Both the position numbers and the translations under genes were made by a program. A stretch of 64,000 bases of DNA from NCBI GenBank assembly GCA_002437665.1, contig DJQW01000001.1:297492-361491 (forward strand), given 5' to 3'. The notes beneath the pieces are model-generated. The model did no database searches. It saw only the letters and a program-made list of their open reading frames with translations, and was not told where the DNA came from. The stretch comes from Alphaproteobacteria bacterium UBA6376 (GTDB lineage: Bacteria; Pseudomonadota; Alphaproteobacteria; Rs-D84). Shown one piece after another: positions 1 to 7,180 of the stretch (position 1 is its first letter; every line of letters begins with the position of its first letter).

Positions 1-1
1 T

Positions 2-1798
2 GCGGACGTTGTACTGAATCATTTGTTCCAGTACACAGAAATGCAGACGAATTTCCCAGTGAACATGATGGCACTGAACCGTGGTCGTCCAATGTTGTTC
101 AATATTCGTGGCGTTCTGGACGCGTTCATTGATTTCCGATGCGAGGTTATTCGTCGCCGCACGATTTTCGATTTGAACAAGGCACGTGCCCGTGCACATA
201 CATTGCTGGGCTTGTCTGTTGCGGTTGGTAATTTGGACGAAGTTATTGAATTGATTAAATCCAGTCCAAACCCAGATGCCGCGCGTGATGCGTTGGTATC
301 GCGTGGTTGGCGTGCGTCGGACATCGAATCATACATCCAACTGATTGATGATCCAAACACAGAATACAAAGACGGCATGTTCTATATGTCCGAAGATCAG
401 GCGCGTGCAATTCTGGAATTACAGTTGCATCGTTTGACCGGTTTGGAACGCGACAAGATTCACGAAGATTTGACCGAACTGGGCGCGTTGATAAAAGACC
501 TGTTGGACATTTTGGGCAGTCACGAACGTATCGTTCAAATCATTCGCGACGAAACCGCGTCTGTGCGTGATAACTGGTCATCACCACGTCGCACAGAAAT
601 TTCCGATGCCGAAATCGACATTGATATCGAAGATTTGATTGCCCGCGAAGATATGGTTGTCACCGTGTCGAACACTGGTTACATCAAACGTGTTGCGCTG
701 GATACATATCGTGCCCAGAAACGTGGGGGCAAGGGGCGCAATGCCATGACGACCAAGGATGACGATTACGTGGTTCAGGTGTTCGTTGCAAACACGCACA
801 CACCACTGTTGTTCTTCAGTTCCAAGGGGCTGTGCTATAAACTGAAAACGTATAAATTGCCAGAGGCAGCAGCCGCGGCCAAGGGACGCCCATTGGTCAA
901 CCTGTTGCCACTGGAAAATGGCGAAACAATTACAGCAATCTTGCCAGTACCCGAAGAAGAGGTTGAACGCGTTCGCGCATCTGGCAAGGAACATTTCCTG
1001 ATGTTTGCAACCGCGTCCGGTACGGTGCGTCGTAATCGTATGTCTGACTTTGACCAGATTCGTGCAAACGGTAAAATTGCAATGAAACTGGATGACGGTG
1101 ACAGTTTGATTTCTGTCCTGCCATGTAACGAAGATCAGGACGTATTTTTGGCAACATATCGTGGTCGCTGCATACGATTCCCAGTGGACGAAATCCGCGT
1201 ATTTGCCGGCCGTAATTCAACCGGTGTGCGTGGTATGAATCTGGGCGCAGATGACCGCATTATTGGTATGGCGATGCTGAACCACGGTGAATCTGATGCG
1301 GCGGTTCGCGCGGCATATATCAAACAATCACGCGCGGCACGTCGTGCGGCAACCGGTGTTGACGAAGAGGCATCTGACGAAGATGAAGAAGCAACATCAT
1401 TGGTTCTGACCGATGACCAGATGGCGCAAATGGCTGCAAACGAACAGTTTATTTTGACCATATCTGAAAACGGTTTTGGTAAACGCACCAGTGCGTATGA
1501 ATATCGTACGACACACCGTGGCGGAAATGGTTTCGCAAACATCAAACTGGGCGGCAAGAACACAGCGGTTGCGGGTTCATTCCCAGTGGAAAATGGTCAT
1601 GACGTTATGATGGTAACCGATGGCGGTAAAATCATCCGTACGCCGGTTGACGATGTCCGTATTGCGGGTCGCGCAACGGCGGGTGTAACGTTGTTCCGCA
1701 CGGGCGAAAACGAACGCGTGGTGTCCGCTATCTCTATCGTCAGTGACGAAGCCGAAGAGGCAGAAGTCGAAGCCGACGCAGCACAAATCGCAGAATAA
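2..1798 (+). CDS. gyrA: DNA gyrase subunit A, C-terminal part (5' end outside window)
   Basis: Frame open from the window edge (ADVVLNHLFQYTEMQTNFPVNMMAL...). GyrA C-terminal repeat blades (GYIKR, GKGR) and acidic tail. Track ORF 23..1798. Confidence 0.93.
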   Translation, partial: ADVVLNHLFQYTEMQTNFPVNMMALNRGRPMLFNIRGVLDAFIDFRCEVIRRRTIFDLNKARARAHTLLGLSVAVGNLDEVIELIKSSPNPDAARDALVSRGWRASDIESYIQLIDDPNTEYKDGMFYMSEDQARAILELQLHRLTGLERDKIHEDLTELGALIKDLLDILGSHERIVQIIRDETASVRDNWSSPRRTEISDAEIDIDIEDLIAREDMVVTVSNTGYIKRVALDTYRAQKRGGKGRNAMTTKDDDYVVQVFVANTHTPLLFFSSKGLCYKLKTYKLPEAAAAAKGRPLVNLLPLENGETITAILPVPEEEVERVRASGKEHFLMFATASGTVRRNRMSDFDQIRANGKIAMKLDDGDSLISVLPCNEDQDVFLATYRGRCIRFPVDEIRVFAGRNSTGVRGMNLGADDRIIGMAMLNHGESDAAVRAAYIKQSRAARRAATGVDEEASDEDEEATSLVLTDDQMAQMAANEQFILTISENGFGKRTSAYEYRTTHRGGNGFANIKLGGKNTAVAGSFPVENGHDVMMVTDGGKIIRTPVDDVRIAGRATAGVTLFRTGENERVVSAISIVSDEAEEAEVEADAAQIAE

Positions 1799-1812
1799 TC
1801 ACGGGGGCGCGT

Positions 1813-2202
1813 ATGCAAAACACTGAATACTTTGCGTCAATAAACGAAGTGTCCAAACAGTTGGGCATACCCGCGCATACCCTGCGTTATTGGGAACGCC
1901 AGTTTCCCGTTGCCATAAAGCCGACAACGGGGGCGGGCGGTCGCCGTTACTATCGCGTTGAGACGGTTGCACGCCTGACGGTGATACGTGATTTGCTCTA
2001 CACGCGCGGTATGACAATCGCGGGGGTAAAAAAACTGTTGCGTGATGGCACATTCCCAGACACCGCGTCCGCGTTAAATATTGCGCCGACGGCTGCCACC
2101 ACCGCACCCAGTGCGCCCACGCCGCAGAATCACGCCGATGAAATTGACACCGCGATTGATTTGTTATTGACCGCCAAACAGTTGTTGACGGTGGCGCAAT
2201 GA
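1813..2202 (+). CDS. MerR-family HTH transcriptional regulator
   Basis: N-terminal MerR HTH string SINEVSKQLGIPAHTLRYWERQFP. ATG lies 14 nt after the gyrA stop. Confidence 0.8.
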   Translation: MQNTEYFASINEVSKQLGIPAHTLRYWERQFPVAIKPTTGAGGRRYYRVETVARLTVIRDLLYTRGMTIAGVKKLLRDGTFPDTASALNIAPTAATTAPSAPTPQNHADEIDTAIDLLLTAKQLLTVAQ

Positions 2203-2969
2203 TATTCACATCAATGCCACATTTTTTAACAAACCTGTTGTGCACGTTTGTTTGGAATAAACGTGAACGCAATCGTGTGCGTGCGGTTCTAAATTCACCG
2301 GTTGCGCGTGAAATTCGTTTTATTCGTCGCGATTTGGGAACTAAGATTTTCAAAATAAAAACATTCGTTGGTTATCAGGGGCGCAGTTTGCTGATTGCCG
2401 TCAACGACCAATGGATATACAAGTTTCCATTGTATCGCAGTAATTTTCGCAAATTGGCGGAAAATGAAAAACGCATTGTCGATGCGCTGCAACCGATTTC
2501 ACCGATACATATTCCATCGGTTGAATTGCTGTATATGGGGCGCGATAAAATCCCCGTTCGTAAATACGAATTTGTGCACGGTTGTGGTGTGCGCCAGTTA
2601 AATCCAAATATGGTCTTGAAACACAAAACAAAATTGGCGCGCCAACTGGCAAACTTTTTATATCAGGTGGCGTGTGCCGACCCCGCTGAAATTCGCGATT
2701 TGAAACCGACGCCCGATGATGCGCCACGCTATATGTACGGCTGGTCACAGGGTGATTTGTGTGATAACTTTTTCGCAGATCCCAAAACGATGCAGGTCAT
2801 TGCAATTATTGATTGGGAAGATGCGCGTTTCGGTGACCTGTCGCCCCAGATGGGGTATAACAAAAATTCACCCCAGCGTGAATTGATGGACGCGGTGCGT
2901 CACGAATATGACGTGCTGTATAAATCCGGTTGCAAACGCGCCCGTCGCACGACAGCATCCGCCAAATAA
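2199..2969 (+). CDS. APH/choline-kinase-like phosphotransferase-fold protein
   Basis: ATGA start/stop overlap with the MerR gene. Kinase-like core motifs SQGDLCDNFF (HGDLxxxN-type loop with Q for H) and IIDWEDARFGD. Confidence 0.6.
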   Translation: MIFTSMPHFLTNLLCTFVWNKRERNRVRAVLNSPVAREIRFIRRDLGTKIFKIKTFVGYQGRSLLIAVNDQWIYKFPLYRSNFRKLAENEKRIVDALQPISPIHIPSVELLYMGRDKIPVRKYEFVHGCGVRQLNPNMVLKHKTKLARQLANFLYQVACADPAEIRDLKPTPDDAPRYMYGWSQGDLCDNFFADPKTMQVIAIIDWEDARFGDLSPQMGYNKNSPQRELMDAVRHEYDVLYKSGCKRARRTTASAK

Positions 2970-2990
2970 ATTCATTAGAGCCCCCCCATT

Positions 2991-3055
2991 GTCATTGCGA
3001 GCAAGCGTAGCGATGCGTGGCAATCCAGTAAATAGATGCCGCGCGTAGCGCACTA
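2991..3055. repeat. Copy of mosaic-repeat module (gtcattgcgagc...tggcaatccagtaaata plus GC hairpin)
   Basis: Same unit, in either orientation, at 27941..27982, 48035..48088, 48155..48200, 49588..49640, 49750..49806, 60140..60177 and 60246..60300. Confidence 0.85.
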
Positions 3056-3067
3056 AAAATTGACATA

Positions 3068-3292
3068 CAACAAAATAAAAAATCGCCGAACAAGTCGACG
3101 CTTTTTATTTTGGCAGTCCCGTGCGGGGCTTGGCTGCCGCCACCCTTGCAAAATTTGCTGACGCAAACCGGCGTGCCGCCGCCCGCCTTTTTGCCACGGG
3201 TCGAACCCCAATCACGTGGTTCGATTCCCCATGTGACGTGCAACAAAATAAAAATCGCCGAACAAGTCGACGCTTTTTATTTTGGCAGTCCC
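3068..3292. repeat. About 52-bp direct repeat pair (3068..3120 and 3240..3292) duplicating the last 10 nt of tRNA-Glu plus downstream flank, around a 119-bp insert
   Basis: Read directly: caacaaaataaaaa(a)tcgccgaacaagtcgacgctttttattttggcagtccc occurs twice with one 1-nt indel. Confidence 0.9.
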
Positions 3293-3357
3293 AAGGGGAA
3301 TCGAACCCCTGTTCCCAGAATGAGAATCTGGTGTCCTGACCGCTAGACGATGGGACC
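3283..3357 (-). tRNA. tRNA-Glu (anticodon CUC)
   Basis: Reverse complement GGTCCCATCGTCTAGCGGTCAGGACACCAGATTCTCATTCTGGGAACAGGGGTTCGATTCCCCTTGGGACTGCCA folds as a cloverleaf. Anticodon stem is CCAGA/TCTGG with loop TTCTCAT. T-arm is AGGGG-TTCGATT-CCCCT. CCA is encoded. Confidence 0.85.
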
Positions 3358-3410
3358 AAACGGCACAATCATATCAGGATTTTTTGCGCTTTGCAAATAA
3401 TTCAGCGCGA

Positions 3411-3438
3411 TTGACAAAATTTTGCGGTGTATTATATT
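3411..3438 (+). promoter_or_regulatory. Sigma70-like promoter upstream of the lyase-fold gene
   Basis: TTGACA (3411..3416), 16-nt spacer, TATATT (3433..3438). Confidence 0.4.
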
Positions 3439-4038
3439 AAACGTGGGGTGGTGGTGGTGTCTGCATACGGCGATTTTTTCAAACCTTACTTTGCGTCTGG
3501 CACGTTGCGGCCATGTGATGGTTCGGTGTGGGTAATTCACAATGGCGCAAACTCAGACACCGATTACGAATGGAAAATGCACGTCGCCGCGTATGATGTT
3601 GCCGATTGGTTACGTGTCGCGGGTACGATTATGCCGTGGATGATTCAAAACGGCGTCACGTTCAAGACAATAAGCCCCGACGATTTTTCGGTTGAACGCA
3701 TTTTATCACCGACATGTTGCCAGTATGCCAAGGCATTTACAATTTACCCGACGTCCGCGCCCGAATTTGCAAAAATCGCGTGTGGTCTGGACGCATTGAT
3801 GTGCGGGGCGAAATTGTCAGCGGGCACAAAATTGACCGCGGGTTATAATATGTCATATGAACATACGTTGGGTCACAGTGGTCGTATATTCTATCGCATG
3901 GAACGCGACAATATGGGCCGCTATATGTCGACCGAACGTGCGTACCGTCTGAATCCCGTGTGCCCGTATAACCCGCTGAACGTGCCCGATCCATTTGCGA
4001 ATTTGTTCGCGTGCGCCGTCCCTGCGCATACCAGATAA
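3427..4038 (+). CDS. HopA1-family / LanKC N-terminal lyase-like (phospho-Ser/Thr lyase fold) protein
   Basis: EWKMHVAA...VTFKTI...AKAFTIYP...GHSGRIFYRMERD resembles the remembered family signature GWK[IL]HVS...FKF...GKF[IV]T[IV]YP. Start is uncertain: the track start is GTG at 3427, but the promoter reading favours one of the GTGs at 3448..3457. Confidence 0.5.
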   Translation: MYYIKRGVVVVSAYGDFFKPYFASGTLRPCDGSVWVIHNGANSDTDYEWKMHVAAYDVADWLRVAGTIMPWMIQNGVTFKTISPDDFSVERILSPTCCQYAKAFTIYPTSAPEFAKIACGLDALMCGAKLSAGTKLTAGYNMSYEHTLGHSGRIFYRMERDNMGRYMSTERAYRLNPVCPYNPLNVPDPFANLFACAVPAHTR

Positions 4039-4059
4039 TTATAGGGGATAAGTCCCGCC

Positions 4060-4516
4060 TCGCAGACGCGAAGGGTGGTTGGGGCGCACTCAATTCCCTC
4101 GGCTGTCGCATAGATGCGACATGCCTGCGGGGCAACGTATCTAATTCCAGAAATGTCTGTTCGCGAATGCCTGACCTGAACCAGTTTTCAGATATTTTTC
4201 AAATTCGGCGGCGGCATGACGACCAGAAAAGGCGAAATAATTCACCAATTTCCATGGAGTATATTTTGCTGTATGAAAGGAGTAGCCAGAATTATGTTGT
4301 TTCAAACGGGTGGGCAAATCATCGGTCATGCCAATGTACCGTTGTTCTGGATTTGAAATACTTCTGATCAAATATACGTAAAACATATTTATTAAAAACA
4401 CGCGACACTAATTCGCCACACTTCGTTAAAACTACGTGTGGCACTCCTTCTTGTAACTATGCCGCTTGGGCTTGCCGCCCGAAGCGTCGCAGACGCGAAG
4501 GGTGGTTGGGGCGCAC
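4060..4516 (-). mobile_element. GIY-YIG gene cassette: 397-bp insert (4090..4486) bounded by perfect 30-bp direct repeats 4060..4089 and 4487..4516
   Basis: tcgcagacgcgaagggtggttggggcgcac occurs twice. It comprises the last 14 nt of tRNA-Gln plus 16 nt of downstream flank. Confidence 0.75.
4141..4386 (-). CDS. GIY-YIG nuclease family protein (UPF0213/YhbQ-like)
   Basis: MFYVYLIRS...RYIGMTDDLPTRLKQHN matches the GIY-(x10)-YIG and R..H/N core. Start moved to the internal ATG at 4386. Confidence 0.85.
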   Translation of the reverse strand: MFYVYLIRSISNPEQRYIGMTDDLPTRLKQHNSGYSFHTAKYTPWKLVNYFAFSGRHAAAEFEKYLKTGSGQAFANRHFWN

Positions 4517-4576
4517 GGATTCGAACCATGATAAAGAGAACCAAAATCTCTTGTCCTACCATTAGACGACACCCCA
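4503..4576 (-). tRNA. tRNA-Gln (anticodon UUG)
   Basis: Reverse complement TGGGGTGTCGTCTAATGGTAGGACAAGAGATTTTGGTTCTCTTTATCATGGTTCGAATCCGTGCGCCCCAACCA. It has the U1:A72 pair typical of tRNA-Gln. Anticodon stem is AGAGA/TCTCT with loop TTTTGGT. Confidence 0.9.
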
Positions 4577-4678
4577 AAGGTGTCTATGATTATAAATATC
4601 TTTTGATTTTTTGCAATAATAAAAATGCGCGTGCCGTAAAATAACACCAAAAAATTTCATTTTTTTACGTTTTTGTAC

Positions 4679-4706
4679 TTGCTTTTAATTGTTTTGTAAA
4701 TATAAT
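4679..4706 (+). promoter_or_regulatory. Sigma70-like promoter of the marR-efflux operon
   Basis: TTGCTT (4679..4684), 16-nt spacer, TATAAT (4701..4706). Confidence 0.5.
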
Positions 4707-4715
4707 CATTCAAGT

Positions 4716-4748
4716 TTTTAATAATTAAAAGTGTTTTAATCATTAAAA
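4716..4748. promoter_or_regulatory. Two tandem 15-bp perfect palindromes TTTTAATnATTAAAA (4716..4730, 4734..4748): candidate MarR operator
   Basis: Read directly. They lie between the -10 box and the marR start codon. Confidence 0.5.
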
Positions 4749-4785
4749 GAGAATAAATCACACCATCTGCCAAAAGGGGGCAAAA

Positions 4786-5235
4786 ATGGCTCGCAAAGAA
4801 TTTATTCGTTTGCTGGAATCAAACATACTGGCCTTGGACAAGTTGGCGGAACGCCTGCGCAAAGAACCGCTGGAATCCGGTATTTATCCAAAGAATCAGA
4901 TGACTGTTCTGGTGCGTCTGCATATGGGCGGTCGCGCGCGGTTAAAGGAAATTGCACGTCGCGAACTGGTTCCAACACCTAATTTGTGTGCGACATTTCG
5001 CAAACTGGAACGCGATGGTATGGTTACGCGCACTATTGATGAAAACGATCGTCGTAACACGTGGTACGAATGCACGGCGGCGGGGGCCAAGGTGGCAGAA
5101 AAAGCATTGGATGGTTTTCGTAATGCGTTGACCCGCATGTTTGAAAGCGTTACCCCAGAAGACGAAGTGGCATTGACTGGTGCGTTAAAAACAATGAACA
5201 ACATTTTAGTAAAGATGGAGTTAAAAAATGCGTAA
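4786..5235 (+). CDS. MarR-family transcriptional regulator
   Basis: Winged-helix MarR pattern (LVRLHMGGRARLKEIARRELVPTPNLCATFRKLERDGMVTR...DRRN). SD GGGGG upstream. Confidence 0.85.
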   Translation: MARKEFIRLLESNILALDKLAERLRKEPLESGIYPKNQMTVLVRLHMGGRARLKEIARRELVPTPNLCATFRKLERDGMVTRTIDENDRRNTWYECTAAGAKVAEKALDGFRNALTRMFESVTPEDEVALTGALKTMNNILVKMELKNA

Positions 5236-6559
5236 AATCGGACGTGCTATGGCGATTTTCTGTGGCACGGTTGCGGCCATGACGGCAAATGCGAATGCAA
5301 TGGATTTGTCGTTGGACGCGGCTGTGGACAAGATTTTGGCCGAATCCCAAGACCTGAAAAAGGCAGATGCAAATATAAAGAAGGCGCAGGCGTCATTAGA
5401 CGTTGCCAATTCCAATCGTTGGTTCAAGATTGATGGCAGTGTATCATACATGAATCTGATAAATGTCAAAGAGCCGTTCAAATCATACGGCGTGAACCTG
5501 ACACCAGAAATGGGGGGGATTTTGGCGGATACATTGGGTGTTGATGTAAAGCGTATAGATGTGCCTGATAATATCTTTATGGCAGGCGTGAATGTCAGCC
5601 AGCCGATTTACACATTTGGCAAAATTGGCAATGCTGTTGACGGCGTGCGCAGTGCGATAAAGATGGCGGAATCCGGACGCGAGGCCACCCGTCGTGAAAT
5701 CAAATATAGCGCGGTCGATATTTATTGGACGGCAAAAATGACGGACGAAATCGTCAAGATTTCCAGACAGGATTTGGAATCTGCGCGTCGTGCAAAGCAG
5801 AGTTTGACGTCCGCCGGTCGTGCAAACCGCAGCAATTTGGTAAAAATTGAATCTGATATTGCGACCAAGGAAATCAACCTGTCGGATGCCGAATTTAATC
5901 GTGACACCGCATACAGAATGTTAAAGATTCTGGCGGGTATCGATATGAACGAAGAAATCATATTGACCGATGAATTTCCAACCGCATTTGATGATTTGAA
6001 TGCGCCACAATTCAAGAACACACCAAAATTGCAGGCGATGGCGGATCAGGTTGCCATGTATGAAAAGCAGGCACGTTCGAAACGCGCGGGTGCATACCCA
6101 ACATTGGCGGCGATTGGTTCGTACAGTTATATGGCATTGGACAAAGATTTTAACAACATGTTCAATCGTAACAACAGCCAGTCCGCATATTGGGGCCTGT
6201 CTCTGCAAGTTCCTATTTTCAGCGGCGGCCTAAATCGCGCCAACGCCACGGTCGAGGCCATGAATGCCGAGGCCGCACATCAGGACTTGGACAAGGCAAA
6301 GAAAATGACATCCGAAGAATACACACGTGCGGTTGATAAATACAACCACCTGCGTGGTAATTTGAAGACATTGGAAAACGCACGTAATTTGGCGGCCAAG
6401 GCATACGGTATTTCCAGCGATCGTTTCGCCGCGGGGCAAACATCTGCGGTTGAATTGGCCGAAGTGTCCGCGGGCCTGTACCAGTTGGATATGGCACTGC
6501 TGAATGCAAAGTACAATATTCTGATGTCGGCAGAATCAGTTGAAAAGTTAGGTGAATAA
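5228..6559 (+). CDS. TolC-family outer membrane efflux protein
   Basis: Signal peptide and duplicated TolC/OEP repeat architecture. 8-nt overlap with marR. Confidence 0.85.
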   Translation: MRKIGRAMAIFCGTVAAMTANANAMDLSLDAAVDKILAESQDLKKADANIKKAQASLDVANSNRWFKIDGSVSYMNLINVKEPFKSYGVNLTPEMGGILADTLGVDVKRIDVPDNIFMAGVNVSQPIYTFGKIGNAVDGVRSAIKMAESGREATRREIKYSAVDIYWTAKMTDEIVKISRQDLESARRAKQSLTSAGRANRSNLVKIESDIATKEINLSDAEFNRDTAYRMLKILAGIDMNEEIILTDEFPTAFDDLNAPQFKNTPKLQAMADQVAMYEKQARSKRAGAYPTLAAIGSYSYMALDKDFNNMFNRNNSQSAYWGLSLQVPIFSGGLNRANATVEAMNAEAAHQDLDKAKKMTSEEYTRAVDKYNHLRGNLKTLENARNLAAKAYGISSDRFAAGQTSAVELAEVSAGLYQLDMALLNAKYNILMSAESVEKLGE

Positions 6560-6561
6560 AA

Positions 6562-7170
6562 ATGGAAAAGTTACAACATTTGATGGAACAGTTAAAGCAG
6601 CCCCGTGCGCGCAAAATCATGTCTATTGGATTGGTTGTTGCGCTGGTCTTGTGGGTGGTATTTCGCTTTACAATGATTGGTATTGAAAATGCGCGTTCGG
6701 TCTATAATGCATCGCGCGTCGCACAAACAGATGGTGTGCCGGTTGTCGTTCAGCAAATTGAACGTACGGCCGGTGTATTGCGTGAACCGATTGCGGTTAA
6801 AAGCAATCGCGCATATGTTGCGTCGGGGCGCGCGCATAAATTCGGTGCGGGCCAGCATGTTGCAGGTGGCGTGATTGTATCTGTGTCGCCTGATATTGAT
6901 TTGGATTCTGGTATGCACATTGTGCGCACACGTGGTGTCGCGGACGGTTTGCAGTATGCGGAATTTCGTGCAACGGGGCATTTCGTGCCGGTATATGCCG
7001 TGAACAACGGTGTTGTCATGGTGGCCGATGGCGATATTGCACGTGCCCGCGACGTTGTCGTTGCACGCCAAGATGCCGAAAACGCACTGATTTCGTCCGG
7101 TCTGAACGATGGCGACGTCGTCATTCTGACGCACGTGTCAGACGGTGAAAAAATTCAAGTAAAGGAATAA
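6562..7170 (+). CDS. Short periplasmic adaptor (membrane-fusion-protein-like, apparently lacking the alpha-hairpin)
   Basis: Single N-terminal TM, beta-rich remainder, and position between the tolC-like and RND genes. Only 202 aa. Confidence 0.5.
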   Translation: MEKLQHLMEQLKQPRARKIMSIGLVVALVLWVVFRFTMIGIENARSVYNASRVAQTDGVPVVVQQIERTAGVLREPIAVKSNRAYVASGRAHKFGAGQHVAGGVIVSVSPDIDLDSGMHIVRTRGVADGLQYAEFRATGHFVPVYAVNNGVVMVADGDIARARDVVVARQDAENALISSGLNDGDVVILTHVSDGEKIQVKE

Positions 7171-7180
7171 GGGGAAAGAA

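Noticed and set aside
3121-3239. Possible second tRNA, suggested by GGTTCGATTCC and gggtcgaacccc words.
   Set aside because: I could not fold a cloverleaf on either strand. There is no D-arm or anticodon arm, and the T-stem has mismatches. It is treated as a tRNA-like fragment within the insert.
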